A stretch of 32,000 bases of DNA from Candidatus Saccharimonadota bacterium (GCF_025273655.1 NZ_CP045921.1:240001-272000), one strand, 5' to 3'; positions 16,295-24,852 are shown, counted from the first letter of the stretch. Made by a program: numbers and translations. Notes: a model not told the origin generated them from the letters alone.

Positions 16295-17881
16295 ATGTCA
16301 GAGAAAACTCCCAAATCATCGAATGAGCCACAGTATCCCGCACTAAATGCGCATTACGATAGGGTTTACGGTCCAGTCGTTCAACAAGAAAGCGGTGCGG
16401 TAGAGACCGAGCTTCCAAGCGAGCAAGCGCTGCTTGATAGTTTTATTGATAAGCGTCAAAAATATGAAAACGAGCTGGCGCAAGCAGAAAGTGTCCCAGG
16501 CTTTAGGCGTACTTATGAAGACAAGGCTGAGATAGCTGGTATCAAAGATGACATCGAGGCATTTAACGAAGAGTGGAGCCGATATGGCGGCGAAGAGATT
16601 GATGCAGCACAGGCAAAAATCGATGCTTTGAATTTCAAATCGACAGCCGAAGATCATATCTACGCAAAAGCAGAGTTGAAAGCTGCGAAAGATGCATTTT
16701 ATACCAATTTCAAAAAAGAATACGAAGAAGTAAATAACTCGGCAGAAGTACCGGCCGAACCAGCTTCAGGTGTCGAAACCGAGAAGCCCGCAACATACAA
16801 AGTCGGCGACGAAGTCAAAATCTTGCGTGACGGTGCCGTGGAGGGCGGATGGGTCATAAAGTCACTCGATGAGGTTGCTCAAGCCGCTGTCCTCGCTAAA
16901 GGTGACCAACGTGATTTTAGGACATTTGCTCAACTAGATGAATACCGTGACTTATCTGATGATGCCGCCGCAGCAGCCAAGGCGGATGCAAACGGCGCGA
17001 ATGTACCATCTACTTTCGCTTCACCCGCTAAAAATCCAGCTCCAGCAGAGAAGCCGAGGATTGGTGCAGCAGGCGAGGCGTGGCAGATTAAACGTGGTAT
17101 ACGACCAGGCCGTGGCTCTATTGAAGAGCGCCGAATTGTACCGCGTACATCAGAGTCTAATGCTGAGATACCCGAGACTGAAACAGACACGCCATCGCTA
17201 GACGCCGCCGCTGCTGCCGCTGCAGTTGCGAACGCGGAAGCGGCAGGTAAAGCACCCGCACCAAAGACTGAGGCTACACCTGAACCTACATCTGATCCCG
17301 AAACTACTCCCGAGAAAGCACCATGGCGCAAACGTATGTCTGATAAACTTGGCGCAAGTGCAGTTGGCAAATTGTTTGGCGCTGAACGTCGCGCGGAGAA
17401 ACGCAGGGACATTGCAAAACGTAGTATAGAGTATCAAGAGCAGGGCATTATTCCAACTGCTGCGCAGGAAAAAGCTAAGAAAGATTACAAAAACGAAAAG
17501 CTTGCAAAGCGCGTCGAATCGGTAAAAAGTTTTGTTGAGAAGCATAAACTTAGCGAAGAAGACAAAGCGGCTAAGCAGGCTCAGATTGACCGTAACAAAG
17601 CAGCACGTCAGGCACGTAAAGATGCGGGTGAAACCAAGTTCGGAAAAGTAAAAAGCGGCTACGTAGCATTTCGTGAACGAGGTCGTGAACGTTTCGGAGT
17701 AAACCCTACCCCTGACGGCTCAGAAGTACCTGCTGATGAAACTCCAACGGATCCTATCCCAGCGCAAGAGAAGCCTGTTGTGTATAACAGCAATGAAGAA
17801 GGCTCAGTAACATCTCCAATGGACGAAGCTACACAAGCATACTCACGACCAGCGCGTGACTCGGATGCAAAAGCGGCATAG
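16295..17881 (+). CDS. Low-complexity K/E/A/P-rich protein (528 aa), function unknown
   Basis: An AAGGAA SD lies 8 nt upstream. The gene has its own promoter and terminator. I saw no TM segment or signal peptide. It contains long Ala runs and charged KAEK/RRAEKRR tracts. Confidence 0.65.
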   Translation: MSEKTPKSSNEPQYPALNAHYDRVYGPVVQQESGAVETELPSEQALLDSFIDKRQKYENELAQAESVPGFRRTYEDKAEIAGIKDDIEAFNEEWSRYGGEEIDAAQAKIDALNFKSTAEDHIYAKAELKAAKDAFYTNFKKEYEEVNNSAEVPAEPASGVETEKPATYKVGDEVKILRDGAVEGGWVIKSLDEVAQAAVLAKGDQRDFRTFAQLDEYRDLSDDAAAAAKADANGANVPSTFASPAKNPAPAEKPRIGAAGEAWQIKRGIRPGRGSIEERRIVPRTSESNAEIPETETDTPSLDAAAAAAAVANAEAAGKAPAPKTEATPEPTSDPETTPEKAPWRKRMSDKLGASAVGKLFGAERRAEKRRDIAKRSIEYQEQGIIPTAAQEKAKKDYKNEKLAKRVESVKSFVEKHKLSEEDKAAKQAQIDRNKAARQARKDAGETKFGKVKSGYVAFRERGRERFGVNPTPDGSEVPADETPTDPIPAQEKPVVYNSNEEGSVTSPMDEATQAYSRPARDSDAKAA

Positions 17882-17898
17882 TCTATAGCATTTTCTTG

Positions 17899-17933
17899 CA
17901 ATACCGCTACGATCAGTAGCGGTATTGTTTTGT
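17899..17933 (+). terminator. Intrinsic terminator
   Basis: CAATACCGCTAC (17899-17910) pairs perfectly over 12 bp with GTAGCGGTATTG (17916-17927) around a 5-nt loop. TTTTGT follows. Confidence 0.85.
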
Positions 17934-17943
17934 ACATATATTA

Positions 17944-17972
17944 TTGACTTTTAATCAAACTTATGCTAATAT
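17944..17972 (+). promoter_or_regulatory. Promoter of the 605-aa protein / LPXTG operon (TTGACT, 17 nt spacer, TGcTAATAT)
   Basis: TTGACT is at 17944-17949 and TAATAT at 17967-17972, with an exact 17-nt spacer and a TG extension. Confidence 0.6.
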
Positions 17973-18050
17973 GAACACATAACACAATAAAAATAGAAAA
18001 ATAAAAGTTCTAAAGCTATAAGTTTAGAGAAAGACAAGGAGCCACCACCC

Positions 18051-19868
18051 ATGTCAGAGCAAGCACCCAAAGTCACCCCCGAACAGTCGGAGAAGCCTGA
18101 TTTTTCGACATACGAGTCAACGGCAAATCATTTCATCGATAGCTATGCCGGTAGTTTTGCAGATGATACCGAGCGTGCAGCGTTTCATGCAGAGGTTGTA
18201 GAAGTAATGCAAGGTATTGAAGCGGAAAACTTCGATGAGCGTGTAAAAGCCTACGAAGAGATTATCGCAGGACTCAAAGAGCGTGCCAATATGAAAGCGC
18301 AGAAGAATGGTGAGCCTGTGCCTTTTCAATCGCCAAAAGCGGTTAATCAGGATGTCGATCCTGGTGAACCAGCAGAAAATCCAGAACAAGATGACGATGA
18401 GTCAGAAGGGGATGATACAGAGACCGATAAGCCGCCAAAAGGCGATGATATTCAAGAACGGCAGCGTCTCAATTTCTTCCAGCGCGCCAACCTCTGGGTG
18501 GGCACTAAAGTACTGAGCGGATACGCTGCGCTCGCAGCGCGCCGTGGCAAAAGCGCTGAGAAGTATAGTCAGTTGCCAGACGAGACAGACGCGGAATACA
18601 GCAAGCGTATTCGTAAAACTGGTTTTCGCTACAACTTGGCCTTCACGGCAATCACAGGTGCGGTTCTCGGACTTGCAGCTGCTCGCTACCTCGGTGTGGA
18701 GCATGGCGGCGGCTCAGGTGCTCATCACGACATTGCAACCCCTGGCGACAATCAGGATCAGGGTTCTAATGGTACGCCAAATCGTAGCAATAACCCATGG
18801 GACGCAGATGGCAATGGCATCGTAGATGCACATGAATACAGCATCCAGTCGCATCATATAGAGAGTCAGTTCCTCGACACCTCTGGTCGTCATCATAACG
18901 ACTTCAATAAAATTGATCTGCACGACAATGCAGATGGTACTACCGACATGAATAATCTGTACGGTCAGTTCGGTGAACAGTTCCGCAAGAGTCCACATGA
19001 GCTGGCGTCGCAGTATGATCAGTTCCATCGCCTAGGCACAGACCTGCCGGACGACCTCAAAGAGCTCAACTACAAACCTGGTGAGACTCCAGAGCAGTAT
19101 ACTGAGCGCGTCGCTGAGCTACTCCATGGCAATCGCGAACTCAAAGACAAGGCCGCAGACTTTGCACTCGACCAACTCCACGGCAAGAGCCTCGAAGATC
19201 TGACACAGGATTACGAATCAAACTATATCATACATGACGGTAAGGGTGGCTGGTTGATCCAGACCGATCCAGACGTCACTAGCGCCGACCCACATGACAA
19301 GATCCTCGTGATGGGCAAGGCAAACGGCTATATCGAAGGCGTCCGCATCCCATGTGGCCAGCCAATCCGCATACCAATCGAAGTGCCACAAGCAGCTCCT
19401 CAGGGAGTAGGCGGCGCAGCTCCTGCAGACTACTCTGGCCAAGGTGGTGCAGACTACCAGCCAGTAGCGCATGTCACGCCTGACACACCAGGTCAGGGCG
19501 GCGAGACGCCACACCATCCTGGTACGCCAGACACTCCGGCTCCAGACACCCCAACACCCGCTCCTCAGACACCGGGGCCAGAAAGGGATAAGGACACGAG
19601 TCTTACTCCTAACCAAGATGGTGTGACCGTCAGAGGGCTCGATAACGGAGTCACCGAAAAACCTGCTGGACCAGAGGCCGGTGACGCGACTACAACTACT
19701 GAAACCGGTACTACAACAACCACGGATACAGGTACAAGTGTTGGCGCAGAAGGTGCAGACACGACTCGTACCAACGAAACTACCGGTAACGCGGCGGAGG
19801 GCGGCATGAATACGACCGACTCAAGTGGCAACGCTCAGCCTAACGGAACTATTAGCACAGATCAGTAA
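18051..19868 (+). CDS. Single-pass membrane protein with acidic N-terminal region, DxDxNG Ca-loop-like motif and P/T-rich tail (605 aa)
   Basis: A GGAG-containing SD (AAGGAGCC) lies upstream. A basic stretch KRIRKTGFRY precedes the TM helix NLAFTAITGAVLGLAAARYLGV (about 18633-18695), which suggests an N-in topology. DADGNGIVD is at 18801-18827. The C-terminus has TPDTPAPDTPTPAPQTPGP and T-rich tracts. Confidence 0.7.
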   Translation: MSEQAPKVTPEQSEKPDFSTYESTANHFIDSYAGSFADDTERAAFHAEVVEVMQGIEAENFDERVKAYEEIIAGLKERANMKAQKNGEPVPFQSPKAVNQDVDPGEPAENPEQDDDESEGDDTETDKPPKGDDIQERQRLNFFQRANLWVGTKVLSGYAALAARRGKSAEKYSQLPDETDAEYSKRIRKTGFRYNLAFTAITGAVLGLAAARYLGVEHGGGSGAHHDIATPGDNQDQGSNGTPNRSNNPWDADGNGIVDAHEYSIQSHHIESQFLDTSGRHHNDFNKIDLHDNADGTTDMNNLYGQFGEQFRKSPHELASQYDQFHRLGTDLPDDLKELNYKPGETPEQYTERVAELLHGNRELKDKAADFALDQLHGKSLEDLTQDYESNYIIHDGKGGWLIQTDPDVTSADPHDKILVMGKANGYIEGVRIPCGQPIRIPIEVPQAAPQGVGGAAPADYSGQGGADYQPVAHVTPDTPGQGGETPHHPGTPDTPAPDTPTPAPQTPGPERDKDTSLTPNQDGVTVRGLDNGVTEKPAGPEAGDATTTTETGTTTTTDTGTSVGAEGADTTRTNETTGNAAEGGMNTTDSSGNAQPNGTISTDQ

Positions 19869-19894
19869 ATAACATAAAGAATAGGAGACATATC

Positions 19895-21313
19895 ATGAAG
19901 ACAACATATCGCGAAGCAATGAAGAATATCAACAGTCGAGTAGCTGCCGTATTGGTGGTGTCTGCGGCCATTGTTGGCCTGAGCACTCAGGCGATGGCCT
20001 GGGGTCCAGAGCGCCCTACAACAAGTGGTGAGACTGGTGCGGACTATGTGACGTTCAACTCGATTACTGACAATAAAAAGGTCGGTGATGAGCGTAACTT
20101 TGTTCGTATTCGCGAAGCTGGTACCGGTGAATATATCAACGACATGAAAGTACAGCCTGGTAAACAGTACGAGGTGATGACATACTACCACAACAATGCC
20201 AAAACAAGCTTGAACGCAAGTGGAGCCGGTATCGCCAAAGACGTGTCCGTACGCACCAAGATGCCAAGTGTGGTAAAGGCCTCAGAGAAGGGTACCATCA
20301 GTAGCGTCATTTCTTCGAGTAATGCAAATCCAAAAGAAGTTTGGGACGAAGCCTATGTTACGACTGATACCGATGTTGCGCTCAAGTATATTTCTGGATC
20401 GGCTACAATCACCAGTAATGGTCCTGTCAATGGTCAGGTGCTGCCAGATTCACTGTTTAGTACGGGTACGCTCATAGGCTACGACAGTCTCAACGGCGTA
20501 CTGCCTGGTTGCGCGCAATACTCGGGCTTTGTGATATACAAATTCCGTGTTGATGCACCAAACTTTACCGTGTCGAAGCAGGTTTCACCGACTGGCCAGA
20601 AGCAGTGGCAAGAAAACTACGCAGCAAAGCCCGGTGAACGTGTTGATTACAAGGTAATCTATACTAATACCGGCACAACTGCACAAAACGATGTAAATAT
20701 CAAAGATACATTACCAAAAGGCATGGTCTATATGCCGGGTAGTACCAAGGTATATAATACAGCTAATCCAAGCGGCCGCGGTGTAAGTGACAATATTGTC
20801 TCGAGCGGTATAAACATTGGAAACTATGCCGCTGGTGGTAATGCAGTTATTACCTATAGTGCGACTGTAGCTGCGGCGAACGAACTTAACTGTAACGCCA
20901 ATACACTTACAAATAAGGTGTCCGCCATTACTTCTGGTGGTGCGAAAGATGACACGGCAACCGTAACGGTTAACGTAAGCTGTGCCGCCAGTGAATGTAA
21001 GCCAGGTGTTCCTACCGGTGACGCGCGCTGTGGCGCATGTACTCCTACCGAAGGCCAGGTGGTAGACGCCAACGGTAACTGTGTAGTTGCAAGCGGTAGT
21101 CTACCTACCACTGGTCCTGCCGAGACTATCCTCACTATTATCGGTGTGGGTGCCCTGACAGCTGGATTTGCTTACTGGTACCGCAGTCGCAAGAACCTCA
21201 AAAAGGCGCTTGCAGGTGTCGACCTTGAGCACGAAGCAGCTGCGCACGATGCGCCAAAGCTACTCAAGGCTCGTACTGATAGTCACGTCGAAGACGACAA
21301 AAAAGATTTCTAA
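19895..21313 (+). CDS. LPXTG-motif cell-wall protein with DUF11-type repeat domain
   Basis: A TAGGAGA SD lies upstream. The signal peptide reads ...VVSAAIVGLSTQAMA-WGPERPT. A DUF11-like segment reads VDYKVIYTNTGTTAQNDVNIKDTLPKGMVYMPGSTKVYN. A Cys-rich stalk is followed by LPTTG (21101-21115), a TM helix and a basic stretch. The start is only 26 nt after the previous stop, which implies an operon. Confidence 0.85.
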   Translation: MKTTYREAMKNINSRVAAVLVVSAAIVGLSTQAMAWGPERPTTSGETGADYVTFNSITDNKKVGDERNFVRIREAGTGEYINDMKVQPGKQYEVMTYYHNNAKTSLNASGAGIAKDVSVRTKMPSVVKASEKGTISSVISSSNANPKEVWDEAYVTTDTDVALKYISGSATITSNGPVNGQVLPDSLFSTGTLIGYDSLNGVLPGCAQYSGFVIYKFRVDAPNFTVSKQVSPTGQKQWQENYAAKPGERVDYKVIYTNTGTTAQNDVNIKDTLPKGMVYMPGSTKVYNTANPSGRGVSDNIVSSGINIGNYAAGGNAVITYSATVAAANELNCNANTLTNKVSAITSGGAKDDTATVTVNVSCAASECKPGVPTGDARCGACTPTEGQVVDANGNCVVASGSLPTTGPAETILTIIGVGALTAGFAYWYRSRKNLKKALAGVDLEHEAAAHDAPKLLKARTDSHVEDDKKDF

Positions 21314-21330
21314 GATTGTCTCACACACGA

Positions 21331-21364
21331 CAAACCCTCGGTGAATTGCCGAGGGTTTGTTTTT
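21331..21364 (+). terminator. Intrinsic terminator after the LPXTG gene
   Basis: CAAACCCTCGG (21331-21341) pairs perfectly over 11 bp with CCGAGGGTTTG (21349-21359). A T5 run follows. Confidence 0.85.
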
Positions 21365-21410
21365 ATGCTATAGTATACACGCTATCCAGAGACGCCGAGG
21401 AGGTGATGAC

Positions 21411-21641
21411 ATGATAGCAAAGAAGATCACACGTGTGGCGGCAGAGGAGCTGCTGGGCGGAACGCTAACAGGCAAGCTGCAGTTTCTGGCCAAGCACAAC
21501 GGTGGTTTTGCCAAGACATTTCGCGATGTCGTGGTGCTCGGCATCGCCGCACTTCACGCGAAGCTCTGGCCAGACTCGGTCGCGACGCAGCCACTCAACC
21601 CGGAAGATCCCGGATTTCACTCATCTCATGTCACGATGTGA
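21411..21641 (+). CDS. Small hypothetical protein (77 aa)
   Basis: I prefer the internal ATG at 21411. A strong SD (GAGGAGG) lies 7 nt upstream and a TGCTATAGT -10 box is at 21366-21374. I recognised no motif. Confidence 0.5.
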   Translation: MIAKKITRVAAEELLGGTLTGKLQFLAKHNGGFAKTFRDVVVLGIAALHAKLWPDSVATQPLNPEDPGFHSSHVTM

Positions 21642-21651
21642 CACGAGTGAT

Positions 21652-21702
21652 GCCGATCGGCGGAGTTTGACGTAGTACTTACTGCTCACTCCGCCGATCG
21701 GC
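21652..21702. repeat. Perfect 15-bp inverted repeat with a 21-nt loop (GC-rich hairpin, no U-tract)
   Basis: GCCGATCGGCGGAGT (21652-21666) is the exact reverse complement of ACTCCGCCGATCGGC (21688-21702). Each arm contains the self-palindrome GCCGATCGGC. Confidence 0.8.
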
Positions 21703-21775
21703 GCCCAACTCTTGCTCTAGAGGTGAGAGTCTGGTATAATCAGAACTTGATTGATAATAATTCGTAAGGAAAATC

Positions 21776-22087
21776 ATGACAAAGAAAGCAGTCATCCGTG
21801 TCGGCGGCAAACAGTTCGTCGTAGCGGAAAAAGAGACCCTCCTGGTGGACCTCCTCCCGGAAGGAACAAAAGAGCTCAAGACGGACGCGCTCCTCGTCAT
21901 CGATGGTGACAAAACCACTGTCGGTACGCCAACTGTCAAAGGTGTCGTTGTAACTGCAAAAGTTACCGAGCCAGAAGTAAAAGGCGACAAAATCCGCGTG
22001 ATTCGCTACAAGAGCAAAAAGCGCGTCAACACCCAGACTGGCCACCGCCAGAAATACAGCAAGCTGGAGATCGTCACGATCAAATAA
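21776..22087 (+). CDS. rplU: 50S ribosomal protein L21
   Basis: The sequence AVIRVGGKQFVV....L.VD......K..VI.....GH.Q.Y....I pattern with GHRQKYSKLEIVTI at the C-terminus is typical of bL21. A TGGTATAAT box is at 21732-21740 and an AAGGA SD is present. Confidence 0.93.
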   Translation: MTKKAVIRVGGKQFVVAEKETLLVDLLPEGTKELKTDALLVIDGDKTTVGTPTVKGVVVTAKVTEPEVKGDKIRVIRYKSKKRVNTQTGHRQKYSKLEIVTIK

Positions 22088-22103
22088 TCCAGAGTGAGCA
22101 AAG

Positions 22104-22130
22104 ACGTCCGGAAACGGGCGTTTTTGTTTT
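22104..22130 (+). terminator. Intrinsic terminator after rplU
   Basis: ACGTCCG, a GAAA loop and CGGGCGT form a 7-bp stem with one G-U pair. TTTTTGTTTT follows. Confidence 0.7.
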
Positions 22131-22142
22131 ATAGAGATAAGC

Positions 22143-23138
22143 ATGAGCGAATATTATTTTGATAATGATCTCGATACTGCAGAGCCAACTTCAGAGCCAG
22201 TTGTTGCGCAGTTTTATCAATATATAGATATAGTCGCAGAGAAGGTCACTTGGTTTAGCAAGGAGGATCTCGATGATTTAGCCGAATATGGCAATGAGCT
22301 CATAGCCGAGTCAGAGGATTATTTCGGTGATCCCCTACAAGTGTATCTGGCATTTGACGCGAGTGTGGACGAAACTACCGCAGATGGCTCGTATCCGATA
22401 TCAGACCAGATAGGTCGTACAAATATAATAGGGGAGCTCAGCGAATTTGTTATCAAGCAACAAGACAACGGAACTCATAAGCTGCTAGCTCGTGTGACGA
22501 GTACCACTGTAGGTATAGAAGGAGTCTACGAGAAAGAAATAGTGGCAGAAGGTGATCTACCCATAGAGATTCGACAGGAGGGTGACGGAAGAAACGCTAA
22601 TATGGCTGAGGGTATCGATGGAAGAATGCATGATATGCACTTCGATGTAACGCAACTGTCGTATCGTATGACAGATTGGCGGGTGAGGCAGACGCGCGAG
22701 TTTGCGCGCCTATTCCAAGATAGCTGGTGTCTTGAGTCGCAGCATCTGTGGCGTTATCTGGGCATGAAAACGATGAATATGCGTGACGATCAATTATTGG
22801 AATATGAAGTGGCACTTAACATGTATCTGGAGGATGTGTATCGCCGGAATCTTTCCACTAAAGCATATTTCGTAAAACCAGAAGTGGTGAATGTAATAGC
22901 AAATGACGTGTCAGCAACACAGCAGTGCGTGGCACTGACTCATGTCGGGGAAGAAGCTTCGCTATTTGCACTGCGTTTACGAAGAAATAGCAAAGATACC
23001 CAGAAGTTAGATGTAAAAGCATACTTGGAGAATTGCCAAGATAGGGACAAACTCTATGAGTTGGACGTGACAAGTGCGAGGGACGTACTTTTTGGCACAC
23101 TCGAAAATATCCGCAGGGTTCGGGACACGTCTCTCTAG
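22143..23138 (+). CDS. Acidic cytoplasmic hypothetical protein (331 aa), no recognisable family
   Basis: This is a long ORF with a TATAGA box 7 nt upstream of the ATG. It has no TM segment, no signal peptide and no catalytic motif that I recognise. The 5' part looks somewhat more AT-rich than its neighbours (by eye). Confidence 0.6.
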   Translation: MSEYYFDNDLDTAEPTSEPVVAQFYQYIDIVAEKVTWFSKEDLDDLAEYGNELIAESEDYFGDPLQVYLAFDASVDETTADGSYPISDQIGRTNIIGELSEFVIKQQDNGTHKLLARVTSTTVGIEGVYEKEIVAEGDLPIEIRQEGDGRNANMAEGIDGRMHDMHFDVTQLSYRMTDWRVRQTREFARLFQDSWCLESQHLWRYLGMKTMNMRDDQLLEYEVALNMYLEDVYRRNLSTKAYFVKPEVVNVIANDVSATQQCVALTHVGEEASLFALRLRRNSKDTQKLDVKAYLENCQDRDKLYELDVTSARDVLFGTLENIRRVRDTSL

Positions 23139-23204
23139 AAAATACGTCAAAAACGGTAACGCTCGTGCTATACTAGTACCTAGTAAGAGGGTACAAACAC
23201 ATAC

Positions 23205-23969
23205 ATGACAACTGTTATTTCGGTGACGAATCAGAAAGGTGGGGTCGGTAAGACAACGAGCGCGGTGAATATCGCGTATTATTTGGCAAAGTCTGGCAAG
23301 AAGACGCTGCTGGTGGATTTTGACCCGCAAGGTAACGCTACGAGCGGACTCGGGATTGACAAAGAATCGCTCGACGGGACGATGAGCGAAGTGATGCTTG
23401 AGACAAAGCTACTCCGCGACATAATTATCGAGACGGAGTTCAAGAATCTGTATTTGGCGCCGAGCACCCCACACCTGGCAAATACTGAGGTAGAGCTAGC
23501 ACAGGCAAACCGTCGCTTCACGCGCCTGCGGAATGCTATCAATACAACGCCGAATTACGATTATGTGATTATCGATAGTCCTCCAAGTCTGAGTCTTCTG
23601 ACCGTCAACGGGCTGATCGCAGCGCGCTATGTGCTGCTTCCGGTACAAGCGGAATTCTATGCGCTCGAAGGACTAGGGCAGTTGCTTGAGACGATGAAGC
23701 TAATACGCAAAAATATGAATCCGACGCTTGATCTAATCGGTGTGCTGCCAACTATGGTAGATAAGCGTACCAGTCTCAGTACGCAGGTGCATGAAGAGAT
23801 TAAGAAGCATTTTCCCGGTCGTGTGTTCAAAACAACTGTACCGCGCAACATTCGTCTAGCTGAAGCACCAAGCCACGGATTGCCAATAGGCGAATACGAC
23901 AAATGGAGCAAGGGTGCACGGGCTTACAAGGCAGTTACGAAGGAGCTGGAGGAGCGAATCGATGGTTAA
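23205..23969 (+). CDS. parA: Chromosome partitioning ATPase ParA/Soj
   Basis: It has the deviant Walker A motif NQKGGVGKTTSAVN, a Walker A' region (LLVDFDPQGNAT) and Walker B (YVIIDSPPSL). Confidence 0.93.
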   Translation: MTTVISVTNQKGGVGKTTSAVNIAYYLAKSGKKTLLVDFDPQGNATSGLGIDKESLDGTMSEVMLETKLLRDIIIETEFKNLYLAPSTPHLANTEVELAQANRRFTRLRNAINTTPNYDYVIIDSPPSLSLLTVNGLIAARYVLLPVQAEFYALEGLGQLLETMKLIRKNMNPTLDLIGVLPTMVDKRTSLSTQVHEEIKKHFPGRVFKTTVPRNIRLAEAPSHGLPIGEYDKWSKGARAYKAVTKELEERIDG

Positions 23970-24840
23970 AAAAGGACTAGGGCGCGGTTTTTCGTCACTG
24001 ATACCGGATGAGTTACTGGACGAATCCTTTGATCCGACAGCGTCGCAGGACCAGCAGGTGAGTGATCTGCGTCAGATCAAAGTCTCACAGATTGTGCCGG
24101 ACGCGGAGCAGCCGCGTCGACATTTTGACGAACAAGCGCTTGACGAATTGGCAGCATCTATCGGCGAGCATGGTGTAGTGCAGCCTATCGTAGTGGTGCC
24201 GCGAGGCGATGGCTATGTGATTGTGGCCGGTGAACGACGCTGGCGCGCCGCCGGTAGGGCTGGACTCGACAAGATTCCCGCCCTAGTACGAACACTAAGC
24301 GCGCAGCACAAGCTCGAGCTATCGCTGATAGAAAATTTGCAGCGCAAAGACCTTAATCCACTCGAGACAGCTACGGCATACCTCAAGTTGCGTGATCAGT
24401 TTAATCTGTCGATGAGTGAAATTGCTACGCGTATGGGAGCGAGAAATCCAAGCACCATCAGCAACAAGATGCGTCTTCTCAAGCTACACTCTGCCGTAAA
24501 GGAAGCTCTTGTGGCTGGACAGGTCACCGAAGGGCAGGTACGTCCACTGATCGGGCTTGATACGGAGATTGTAGAAGATGTGCTGCCGCAGATTCTGAAG
24601 GAGCAGTGGAGCGCACGTCGTATCGAGCAGTTTATCGTGGACCTTAAGAAGACAGATAAAACCACACCCAAAGAAGCGGCAAAAGCTACAAACCATGAGT
24701 CAGAAGTGCAGCGACTCACGAAACGCTTTGCGGCCCCTGTTAAGATCCGAACCAATAGTCGGGGTGCCGGTGCTATCACCATCTCATTCAAAAACGCCGA
24801 CGAGTTTGCGCGTATTGAAAAGCTGCTGAATGGTGAGTAG
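23962..24840 (+). CDS. parB: Chromosome partitioning protein ParB/Spo0J
   Basis: I prefer the internal ATG at 23962, which overlaps the parA stop by 8 nt and gives MVKKGLGRGFSSLIP. The ParB box II/CTPase motif VAGERRWRAA is present, as is an HTH region SMSEIATRMGARNPSTISNKMRLLKL. Confidence 0.92.
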   Translation: MVKKGLGRGFSSLIPDELLDESFDPTASQDQQVSDLRQIKVSQIVPDAEQPRRHFDEQALDELAASIGEHGVVQPIVVVPRGDGYVIVAGERRWRAAGRAGLDKIPALVRTLSAQHKLELSLIENLQRKDLNPLETATAYLKLRDQFNLSMSEIATRMGARNPSTISNKMRLLKLHSAVKEALVAGQVTEGQVRPLIGLDTEIVEDVLPQILKEQWSARRIEQFIVDLKKTDKTTPKEAAKATNHESEVQRLTKRFAAPVKIRTNSRGAGAITISFKNADEFARIEKLLNGE

Positions 24841-24852
24841 ATCCGCATGCCT

